NCBI GenBank assembly: GCA_002269645.1
Contig: NIVC01000419.1
Location: 372,001-436,000, forward strand
DNA: 64,000 nt
Reading direction: 5' to 3'
DNA from: Macrostomum lignano
Taxonomy: Eukaryota
In this document: positions 1 through 10,288 of the stretch, piece after piece
Layout: the number at the start of each line of letters is the position of its first letter
Numbering within the stretch: the first letter of the stretch is position 1
Program-made: the position numbers and the translations under genes
The notes under the pieces: generated by a model
Database searches by the model: none
Seen by the model: only the letters and a program-made list of their open reading frames with translations
Told to the model about the DNA's origin: nothing

Positions 1-2
1 CC

Positions 3-197
3 GAGCAGAAGCTCCTAGTGCTGCCGCGATTGCTGACACACCAAGGCGACGGCCCGGATGTCAGCACTAGTGGCGATGAGGACCTTGGACAGCTTGCTAA
101 CACAGTTTCTCCGAGCCCGAAGACGATTGCGCACACGAAGACTGAGATTCCGTTGATATGTCCCATTTCACCGTGTTTAAGAAGCTTCTCAGAATGA
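3..197 (+). CDS. Possible 3' terminal coding exon of a gene entering from the left edge
   Basis: GC-rich open frame from base 3 (EQKLLVLPRLLTHQGDGPDVSTSGDEDLG...SFSE) to TGA at 195-197, followed by AT-rich sequence. No recognisable domain. Confidence 0.3.
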   Translation, partial: EQKLLVLPRLLTHQGDGPDVSTSGDEDLGQLANTVSPSPKTIAHTKTEIPLICPISPCLRSFSE

Positions 198-2566
198 AAT
201 TTCAGGAGAATTTCTGCAGCTTAAATACACTGAGATAACTAAACAAGGCTGAACAGGTAGATGAAATCTCTCCGTGAGTTTGCATTCAATCAATCCGTGC
301 ATGTTTGAAGTGTTTGTTTGAGCGTTAGAAAAACCTTTTACCATCAGGATGTTAGAACAAGTTTTCCCGGATAGTGAGGCACTTTAGACTAAATATTTAT
401 ATCAATGTATGATCCGTTGAGTAGCAACGGCAGCGCCGTAACTTCACGCACAGTAACACTGAGACGTTGCCGTTTTAATATTTGTTTGGCCCCTCATCCG
501 CAATTTTCTGGAAGAGTTTTAGCATGTGTTTTTAAAAGCTGTGTTAACTTTTTGCTTGCTGAATTACAATAAGATAACTTTTCGTGGTAAAGTCAAAGCT
601 ATATTTCCATAATATTTTAAACTTTAATTTTTCTATAGAAGAGAGAATAAAATCAAAATTGTTTACCTACTGCTTCTCTTGGTAACTGCTTAAGTTTTAT
701 AGACGGATGGTGTGACATTTGGTCATAGTAATAGTCTCGTAGCTACTTCGTGCTTTTTTAGCCAACTCTTGTAACTTTAAACAATTTTTTTGCAACTATA
801 GCTGGCTACTGACTTTGCTGAGCATGCAGTGGCATATGCTCTAGTCTTATAGGAAAAAAGCTCTAAAGTTCGCAACAGTACGTGCATGGCTATAAAAGAC
901 ACAGAGCTCTATAACAAAGTTTTTCACAAGTTATCTACTGAGTCATATATAGCCATGACTGAAAGGCAAGACCAGAGAAGACAAAATGACTGAGACGCGA
1001 TGAACAAATTCGACATAATTGATTTTTACTGGCCAACACACCAAGCAAGATGCTCGCTACAATAGCCGAACAAATATAATTCTAATTAAGAGATTAAAGA
1101 ATGTCTTTTTACTGAATTGCTGTTTATAAAGTTAAACATGCTTATATTTATGTTGAACAAATATCCTATAGCAGCTACTTAAATCTTCAGGAGCAAAGAT
1201 TTTGGAATCTGACAATAGCTTGTCTGATTTTAAACTAGGCCTATAGCTATATAGTCAGCTATTCATCGTAGTTTATAAATTTCTAGCTCTGAGGTCTACG
1301 CGCTTTTCGAAGCAAAATTGAAACCAACTTGTAATTTTGAATCAAACTCATGAGAGACTTGATTGCTGTGTTTGCAGTTCAAAAGTCCAAAAGGAAAATC
1401 TATATATGTGTTAATCTTTATTTTAGTCTCAAACTACAAGCTCCCCTGGTATTGCATTTTGCTTTGAAAACCTGGGTTCACTTTTAGAGTTCGCCAACAC
1501 GATTTACGGAACTAGCTTCCTTCAAACTTAGCTGTCCATAATGGTGTATGCTGTACATCGATCGGTGGATAACAAACATCGATGCGATGTAAAATTATCT
1601 TTCAGAGACGCCGAGTTGATGTCCTAGCTGGCATATGGTGCACGCGGCGCTTATCACTGAATAAAAATTTACAGGAAATGTATAAATATTGGCAAAACTA
1701 ATATTTAGTAAATTTTTGCTCCGGCTAATTAGAATTTTCTTCACATACAACAAAAACCATCGATATAAGAAAAAAATCTATGCAAGTGTGTAATAACAAT
1801 CAAGGATATTAACTCAAAACGAAATAATAACAAGCACATAAATTAATAAGAATCATTGCAAAACTACGCGGTCTTAAGTACGACAAGAATGGGACTTGGG
1901 GCTTGCGTAAAAGCAAAAGCTGTCTCTAGAGTTTGGTCTGATCAACAGAGTTATCACAGATAGCGCTTTTGATTCAATAAAAAAACTTGTCCTCTTGTTT
2001 TTAAAGCAAAAAGATTTTCCGGTTCAAAGCTAGCTGTATGATTTCTAATAATCGAAAGCCTGAGCTACGCTCGTAATTCTCGTACCAGTTGATTTTAGAA
2101 ATCACGCAAGACCAACTGCTATTGTTTGTTGATTAGCCTATTGCACTCGAACAGCAAGAATTGAGTTGCTAGATAAAATTAAAATTACATGACAAAACAC
2201 AGGCACAGAAACACTTAGAAAAAATACACTCGCATAGACAAAACAGCTAAATAAAAAAGTCTAAACTCAAAGCTTTCTGGACGTCGTGTTATTTTGAGGA
2301 CTTACACTTCACATGACTAAAATTTTTACTAAAAGTGCCAATTTCACCTAAAAGCTCGATGCTAATGTAGCGAATTTCTATTTTTTAGAAGTAGCTAAAC
2401 TAGCTCCTGATCTCCTTGTAAAAATTTTCTACAGTTTTCAGAAGTCGATGAAGTTGCGGGACCACTTCAACAGAAAATATATCTTGCTAATGCACTTTCA
2501 AGCAAAACTGGGCCTTCGAATGAATTCCAATAAATTTGAAGTGTTAAATCCTCTAAATGGGTTTCT

Positions 2567-3923
2567 TCACTGACGGACGTCGACGTACTTGACCAGCAGG
2601 CTGCAGTAACGGCTGTCCTCGTTTTTATAGTTAAACGATAGTAGCGGAACATTGTGATGCACATAGAGCTGCTCCAGCTCCTCCAGGCTCGTTAGTTTTC
2701 TTCCAAGGCAGACGTGATCGCCGCGATTGCAGAAGCGCCAGCATTCGAACCGGAGTTTGCTCTGCCGGCTACCAAGAGCCAGGGTGAACAAAGACACTTT
2801 CACTGGCTCGAATTCTCCCGACACGGACTGCTCCGAGCGATAGGCCAGCACGCCGTCAGCGTCCTCATCGATTTCGTCTAGACGGTAAATTTCTAAGAAA
2901 ATAGCGCGATCCTTTATCGGGAAGCTGTGATTGGCTAGCTCCAATGTCACGTGACCATCGAGGCCTGCGTCGTAGGGACGCGTTTTGAAGACAACTTCGC
3001 CAGAGTTGCCGCTCAGCAGGACACTGAAGGTTCGGTTGCTGGTCAGCAGCGATTGGTGAAACTCGGCTCTTCCTGTTTCGTTAAAAATTACGTCAGTTTG
3101 AGGCCGGTATCTGACTCTAACTGGTTTTAACCCCCCCCCGCGCCGGACTGGTCTCGTTTTGGTGGGTTGGTGGGGTGCTGGTGCTCTGCGTGTGTGCGGG
3201 GCTTAGGGCAGCCTCCCCCTCCGCTCTTTGCTATTTAGTCTCGCGTCGTGGCCGCTAAGTCGGCGTAATTTTGGCAAATTATATTTTTTCTCTTTTAAAT
3301 TACAAAAAATAATATATTTCGTCTCTTAAAGGGTTCGCTTCCTTCAGGTAAATTTAGGTTAAATCCCATGATTGCCTGTTTCCTTATTAGTCATTGAAAT
3401 GGTTAATATCTTATAATGTTTTGTCCTGTTGCGAAGTCACTGAAGCTTTGTCAAGCTGACGAGTCATTAACCCAGCATCAAACCACAGCGACACTCTCGA
3501 ATCTTTACCATACTACTGAACGCAAATAAGTAGTAGCGTTTGATTCTTCGTCATGTATACGAGATCGCCAACTTAAGAGCAACAGGAAAGATATATGAGG
3601 TCGAATCCTAAAACCTCTAATGCGTAATGATACTCGCCAATAAAGTCCTGATCGGCTAGTCGGTCGATGTCGTCGAAATTGTCGATGTCAATCACCGCCA
3701 CGCGCATTGTCGGATCCTCGCCGCCAGTTCCTTGGGTGATGCGGAGGGTGCGCAGGAATCGTGGATTGAGGCAATTCCTAATGAGCTCGGTGCGTCCCAG
3801 TTCTACGAATCGTTTCGTGTTCGGCACGTTGACGAGGAGAATCACCATCGGGTCTGATCGGCTGAGCAGGTCTTTGTCGGCCAGATTATTGCAGCTAATC
3901 GACACTTCGTATTCTTGAGCCAT
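2567..3923 (-). CDS. Copine-like tandem C2-domain protein, 263 aa, two exons, no vWA domain seen
   Basis: Exon 1 3923-3638 (MAQEYEVSISCNNLADKDLLSRSDPMVILL...ELGRTELIRNCLNPRF...QDFIG) matches the copine C2A pattern. Exon 2 3072-2567 continues in phase 1 (GRAEF...LRFECWRF...HVCLGRKLTSLEEL), a C2B-like domain. Intron 3637-3073 starts GCGAGT and ends CAG. Stop TGA at 2569-2567. Confidence 0.75.
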
Positions 3924-4196
3924 GTCGCTGTGAACAGGTTGATTTAAATGGTTCTAAATAGAAAAGATTCGAGTTCTGCGTCTGCCTACTACTAACAATA
4001 GTCAGTAGTAGTTTCTAGTTTATCTATATTATTCGTGCGGCAACTAAAGTAAAGGGACGCTACGGGATATTGTCATTTGACTACCAGCCAATCTCACCTC
4101 CCGACGACTAAGGTTAAGTTAGGTTTCCGTTATGATTAGAGTTAGAGTTTAGGTTAGATTAGGACTTGGTTTGGTTTAGGGTTTAAGTTATTTTCA

Positions 4197-4510
4197 TTGG
4201 AGGCAGGGGGGTTGTGTGCACCCTGGTGCACTTTAAGCGGCATTGTCACACAACCGGCGAGAGGCATTGCTGCCCATTCCGCCGACTCCCCTGAGCAGGC
4301 ACACAAGCGCGCGGATACGCACGCAGTCATACGCACAGGCAAACACACAGGAGTGCACAGCGGCCCTAACTTTATTTATCGTTAGGGTTGTACACTTCAC
4401 TGTGCCTTGGGGGTTGGCCCTCAAGCTGGGCGTTAATTGCACGAGCAGAGCCAAGCGGAAATTCCAATTTAGTCCCAAAATAATGTGACTGCACTTAGAA
4501 TCGAGCCTGG
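4197..4510 (-). mobile_element. tRNA-derived SINE, family 1, 5'-truncated head
   Basis: Closely similar to 14108-14478 and 43286-43637 along its length. Retains the B-box-like GGCTCGATTC but lacks the A-box part. Confidence 0.8.
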
Positions 4511-5104
4511 AAATATCTGAAATATTTCTTAGACTGATTTGCATGTTTGTTTAAATAATTAGTTCATGTGTTTTTAGTCGCTTCAAAAACAGCAATTTCC
4601 TTAATTTATATTTCGAATCGTTTTACTTGCTAATCAAGAGCATAAAATGCATAAGATATTTGGAGTGCTTGTGTGTGTGTATTCCTACGAAATTTGCAGT
4701 CAGCTTGGCGCTCACAGGGTTGAAATTCAATAAAATGAGAAAGCCTGCAGTTTCCCCAGAGGATTGTGCAGACAACTGTATAGAAAATGAGATTTACAGT
4801 GAACTCTCTGGGATGAAGAGAATAACTGAGAAAAATCTCTACTCAAAGTGAGGCAGTCTGGAATAATCAATTCTGAAACGCTTTGTCAGCAGTCTCTCGT
4901 CTGCTTTGTTTTAAACGACGCTGTTTTTTTGTTTTTCTGAGGTAGAAATATGCAGCTCCCTTTAGCTTATACCTCGATTTTGTAATGAATTCTTATACAT
5001 GTACATGTAGATATAAGCTTCTGTTTTACTTTTCCAGACTCTCCAATAACAGTTCTAGGATCTGACTACTAATAGTGGGTTTTATAATATTTGTTATAAC
5101 AAGC

Positions 5105-5172
5105 TAGGATACACGTGCGGAATCGAACCCGGGGTAATCTGACTCAATAATCAGACACATTAATCCGCTGAT
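5105..5172 (-). mobile_element. Isolated tRNA-like SINE head remnant
   Basis: Minus strand reads AGCATAGATCAGCGG...CCCGGGTTCGATTCCGC, with A- and B-box-like motifs. No body recognised. Confidence 0.35.
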
Positions 5173-5824
5173 CTATGCTATATAAGGTTCAAATACTAGC
5201 TTATTTCAATAGCTATAAGTATACTGCAGGTGTATACTTACCGTGCAGGATCAAATGCTTAAAGTGCAAAGAAATCAGTATTTGAATTTATTAAAATAAC
5301 GCTGGAAACCTGCTTCCTTAAAGGCAGCCAAGCTAGCTGATTAAATGCAAAGCCCCACAGCGCACGTGGATAAATCCGCCATCCTCTATAGCGAGGAGGG
5401 AAGCAATTTCCTCTCATTGGATGATCCGCGCTGTTCCGATCTCTGTCTTCCAGTTCTCTCTCTCTCTCTTTCTCCGTCGTGGTCCGTACACTCAATGTAC
5501 ACCCATATGCCCGGAGATTTGGCTTGGGGTTCGACTATACGGCTGGAATGAAAAGGAGAGTGAAAGAGAGGAGAGAGGAGAGTATAGAGGAGAAATATGG
5601 ATATATGTAGAGTAGAGAGCAGTACGTTACACTTTATGAAATACATGTACTGTTCGCTCAAAAGCTATCAAGAAAGGATTATATATCGTTACAATGGTTG
5701 CGATTTTCTAGGTCAACCTAATTGGTAATAGAAGATTTTTGTCCGCCAAAAGTGACTCAGAGCTGAATTCTTAGGCCCCGCTTTTTTCGCAAATTGGCTG
5801 TAGGCGCTAAATGTTTATATATAA

Positions 5825-6400
5825 ATATTGTGACAAGATGGTGTGACAAGAGACCCCAACTTCGACAAGAGACACCAGTGAGACAAGCGACGCAATTGTG
5901 TGACAAGTGACACCAGTTTGACAAGTGACACTATTGTGACAAGTGACACCAGTTTGACAAGTGACACTATTGTGACAAGTGACACTAGTGTGACAAGGGA
6001 CACTATTGTGACAAGTGACACCAGTTTGACAAGTGACACTATTGTGACAAGTGACACTAGTGTGACAAGGGACACTATTGTGACAAGTGACACCAGTGGA
6101 ACAAGTGACACAAGTGCGACAAGTGATACCAGTGGGACAAGTGACACCAGTTGGACAAGTGACACCAGTTGGACAAGTGACACCAGTTGGACAAGTGACA
6201 CCAGTGGGACAAGTGACACCAGTGAGACAAGCGACGCAATTGTGTGACAAGTGACACCAGTGGGACAAGTGACACCAGTTGGACAAGTGACACCAGTGAG
6301 ACAAGCGACGCAATTGTGTGACAAGTGACACCAGTGAGACAAGCGACGCAATTGTGTGACAAGTGACACCAGTGGGACAAGTGACATTAACTGTGACAAA
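5825..6400. repeat. 18-bp minisatellite (GACAAGTGACACCAGTGG variants)
   Basis: Period 18 is directly visible, for example CACCAG at 6181, 6199 and 6217. Confidence 0.95.
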
Positions 6401-6796
6401 TGTCTGTGACAATCTGATACGATAGCTCAACAATCTAGAAATGATTTTTAATTGATTCATTCTACATAGTCCGTATTAAAGCCTTATTGATACAGCAAAA
6501 GAATTCTTCATACAAAATAACAACTACTTGCTAAGTGCACTTTTAGCAAGGCCCGGCTATTTGAGCTATGGTGAATTTCTGCTTTGAGCTCGAGACTTCA
6601 TATCATTAATAATACAAGTTACCCATGGCCATGTTGATCTGCTCGGAAAGAGGCTTGGAAAAAGGGAAGACGCTGAGCTTGAGTAAAATATCCGCGTGTT
6701 GGGACCAGGCCAGTTAAATGTACTTTCTGTATACAAGGGCGAGAGTTTATTGAGTGCAGTTTAGCTAGTATAAACCAAAATGATCGGGAACATAAA

Positions 6797-6860
6797 AAAG
6801 AATCGCCTGATACGAGGAGATTCTGTCTATAGCTCATCTCCTAGTATCAGGCGATTCTTT
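6797..6860. other. 64-nt near-perfect hairpin
   Basis: AAAGAATCGCCTGATAC (6797-6813) pairs with 6844-6860. After one mismatch, AGGAGAT pairs with ATCTCCT. 14-nt loop. Confidence 0.85.
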
Positions 6861-8519
6861 GTATGTAATCCACGGCTTGCAGTGCGACCCGAGTATAACG
6901 CCTTATCTCCGCCGGAGATAATGAGTTATCTCCGCTAGTCATGTCTATCCATCTTGTTGGTTTTTCTATGGTAGCAGTGTTACGCTACTGATTATCATCG
7001 CTCATTTAACACTGGGGGAATAGACGAGGCGCACGGGCAAAGTGGATTACATTTCTCGACAAAATTCCCAAATGAATTGGACGGCAATAAAGAGATACAA
7101 CACTGTTGGTCATTGGCTCATCTCATCGAAATTGTTCAGAGGTGTAGAAAGCCATTTATACGTCTTTTTAAACCGTAACATTTAAAAACATTTCAATCGT
7201 GTTTAAATGTACTCTAGCAACGGCTGTTCCATCACGCTGATGATAGAACATTGCCTATCTGAATCTATGTCTAGATGGGTAATCTTCGACCGAAAGACTC
7301 AAAGATATGTAGACAAATGACAGTGCTCTGATGAATGCTTTAAATCTTGCGCCTGTCACTGCTTTAAAGCAGCAAAGAAATGCTCTCATTTGTAGCTGGC
7401 AAATTGCTGTCGATCTTGAGCTAAAGCTAAAGCCTGTGCAAAGGTCTTATCTAGCCACGCCCCTGTAATGTAGCACTGCGACTTCGTTCGAACGTCAAAG
7501 CGGCCTTTATAGCTGAGATTTTTTGCTAATGCTTCCTCTTCTTTTATACTCTAGATTGCAATTTCTGACCATGCAGCTCCTTTCTCCCGTCTGCAAGGAA
7601 GGACGGGTTTAGAATTATAGTCTGATACAGACAAACATCGCGTCAGTTTTAGTATTAGGAGAGACAGGGCCTTTGAGTTCATCCGATCTGATCTGAAGCA
7701 ACAGAAAAAATAGAATGAATACAATTTTGATCGTTGTAGCGGAAACGGTGCAACTACAGATTGGACGGTTTAGTCGCAAAATTGGGTTTGTCACGAACTA
7801 ATAGACAATGCCGTACGCGACACTTGCTTCAATTCCCTGAATTGTTCTACCAGCTCTACCAGCACTACGGCTGTACATTTTTACAATTTTCAAACTCTTT
7901 CCTAATGTCATCTTCTGCATAATTCTGAGTGGTCAATTAAATTACGCTCGTACAAAACTTTTTAAATTCTTAGAGCTGTCACCATTATACACAGTAGAAT
8001 TAAACTAGCCATTATATCGCAGTAAGCCACAATTAAGAGCAGACACACGTGTACTTTTTCAGCATTCCGAATCTTTAAATAAAAATACCATTTTTAACTC
8101 TTTTTAAAGTCATAAGGATTAGCGAGAAGTCGGTTGCTTTCGATTTTTTTATCTAAAAAGAGACTACGTACATGTAATTAAGTCTCCGCATGGCTTGAAC
8201 TTATTTAAGAAAACGATCGACTTGCTAAATTCGAGTTTATTTGAAAAAATCTAAATTTCAGTGAACATACTGTACATGTAAACTAAAGCAAAATATATAG
8301 CTAGCTAAAATTAGAACATACAGTATTTACAGTGAGGCAGAAATGGGAACCATAAATTAGCTGGTTCCATGGGAAATTTCCGATATGTCCTATAGACACA
8401 GTGTACTAAGAATGGTTCAATTAGTACACACATCTATAAGTTTATCCCCGAAGTTTAGTCAGAATCTGTCTATAAAGTGTACAAAAAGTGGTATGCTAAT
8501 AATATTAATAATATAAAAA

Positions 8520-8698
8520 CCCCCCTCCCTAATACACATCCTCAATTACCCCCGCTAATGCTGGCACCCATTTTACAGCTGGGTGAACTGAAGCAATGCA
8601 GAATTAAGTACACAAATTGTTTCCAAGTATAGGTTGAGAATCGAACCCCCGACCTTTCAGACGTGAGTCCGACGCTCCAACCACTAGGCTACAGCCCC
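8520..8698 (-). mobile_element. tRNA-derived CORE-like SINE, family 2, partial
   Basis: Head GGGGCTGTAGCCTAGTGG...GGGGGTTCGATTCTC. Body matches 15573-15895 and 34944-35257. Confidence 0.8.
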
Positions 8699-9340
8699 TC
8701 ATAGCTAACATAACATGCTAAACATACCATGATATCTTTCAGTTTTGATGCTCAGCTTCATTACAAGGTACGTACATGTATTGATACATAATTTCGGCTA
8801 AAGCACTAATTCAGTCTATAAATCATTTTAGACTAGACTGGAAATGCGCGATAGACATATGAATATTTATTGCCTGTTTAGGGACCTTTGGATGAAATTA
8901 ATGGATTGCATGGTATCCGGCGTATAGCCTTCGCCAAGATAAAATTTACAGCTCAGTTCTGGTGTATTTTTTGTTAACTTGGCCACCCATCGAGAGGATT
9001 TTCAACCAGAAAGTTATCTTTTCCTGCACGTGCCGACTTGCTTCACTTAACTAACAAGCTAACTAACATGCTTAGTTGATCCTCTTGGGCCTTAGTCAGG
9101 AGAATCTACTAATTCGAGCGTTAATTGAGAGCTACAATTTTAAACTTTAACATATGTACTCCGGAATGGCACTCAACTTACCAACATGTAAGAAAATTTG
9201 AATTACCAGTAGCTATGCAAAAATTGCAGTCAAAAAGAATATTTGTACAATTATCAATGACTACATTCGCCAAGCATGGGTGTTGATTAGTACTTAAAGC
9301 AATGAAACTTTTTAAGTTGTTCTTGACTTGTTGACTGTAT

Positions 9341-9397
9341 CAGGAAATCCTATTGGCTCGCTAAGCTACCCGCGAAGCGACCATAGAGGCTTCCCTG
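9341..9397. mobile_element. 57-bp minimal derivative of the P-like element at 21685-22757
   Basis: Right end GCGACCATAGAGGCTTCCCTG is identical to the right TIR of 21685-22757. Degenerate left TIR CAGGAAATCCTATTGGCTCGCT. Flanks ACTGTAT and ACTATAA match at 5 of 7 positions. Confidence 0.6.
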
Positions 9398-9479
9398 ACT
9401 ATAATTTATTGCACTAAATGAGAAAAGGATTATTGCACTAGCTGAGGAAATTGTTTTACTAGCTTGCAATCTGGTGGTG

Positions 9480-9685
9480 CTTGGTATTTGGGGGGGTGTT
9501 ACCTAAGGATACTTGCTATCTGGGGGATACTTGCTATCTGGCGGGTGCTTGCTATTTGGGGGGGGGGGGATTTGTTATCGGGGGATGTTTGCTCGAAAGA
9601 ATTGCTAAGATGTCGAGGCTTACTGGATGAATTGCTGAGATTTCGAGGCTTACGGGGTGAGTTGCTGAGATTTTAAGGCTTGCTT
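9480..9685. repeat. Short tandem repeats: about 19-mer, then a 30-mer shared with 45445-45555
   Basis: TACTTGCTATCTGGGGG-type units, then (G)AATTGCTGAGATKTCGAGGCTTAC units at period 30. Confidence 0.8.
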
Positions 9686-10288
9686 ACACAAATTATGTAA
9701 TGTTTTTATTGTAGTATAATAATAGTCAAATAACTGCTAATATAGCAATTAGTTGTAGTACAAGTAACACCTGAAAAGGGCTTGCTTGTATATGCTCACG
9801 CACGTTTTGAGCATCCCACGAGCTTGTGCTAAGCAAATCTATGTTTTTTCTTTTCTTTTGACGTGGGGTTGGGGGTTCCCCGACAGAAATTCGAACCTGA
9901 ATTGAAGACAGCTGAATGAGTCGAGCAATTTTTGAGCGCGTACGGGTTGCAGCTCAAAACGTTAATAAAAGAAGACGCAATAAAATAAAATGCTTTCAGG
10001 AGAGACGCTCGTACCGAGTAAACAGAGGCGGAGACAGAAAAAGAGAGAAAAACAGACTGCGAGCAGTGGACGCAGTGATGTTCGGGCTGTACTATGCGAA
10101 GCGACCGTCCAAGTTCGAGCATTTGTACAGTGAATTCGCGCGCTTTTCAGAACAATAGCTACTCTAAAGCGAATAAAATATATAGCACTCACCATACCAT
10201 ATATTTCATACGCTTTCAAAAGAAACATTAAAGCTGTGACAGTATAAATCTGCTAGTCAATACAAGTAAAAGTGGATATAGGGCCGCT

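Noticed and set aside
4110-4195. Telomere-like TTAGG-rich stretch
   Set aside because: Short and degenerate with no regular TTAGGG period. More likely part of a repeat element.
5807-6460. Long Cys/Thr-rich ORFs on both strands
   Set aside because: They are translations of an 18-bp minisatellite, with no splice context or unique sequence.
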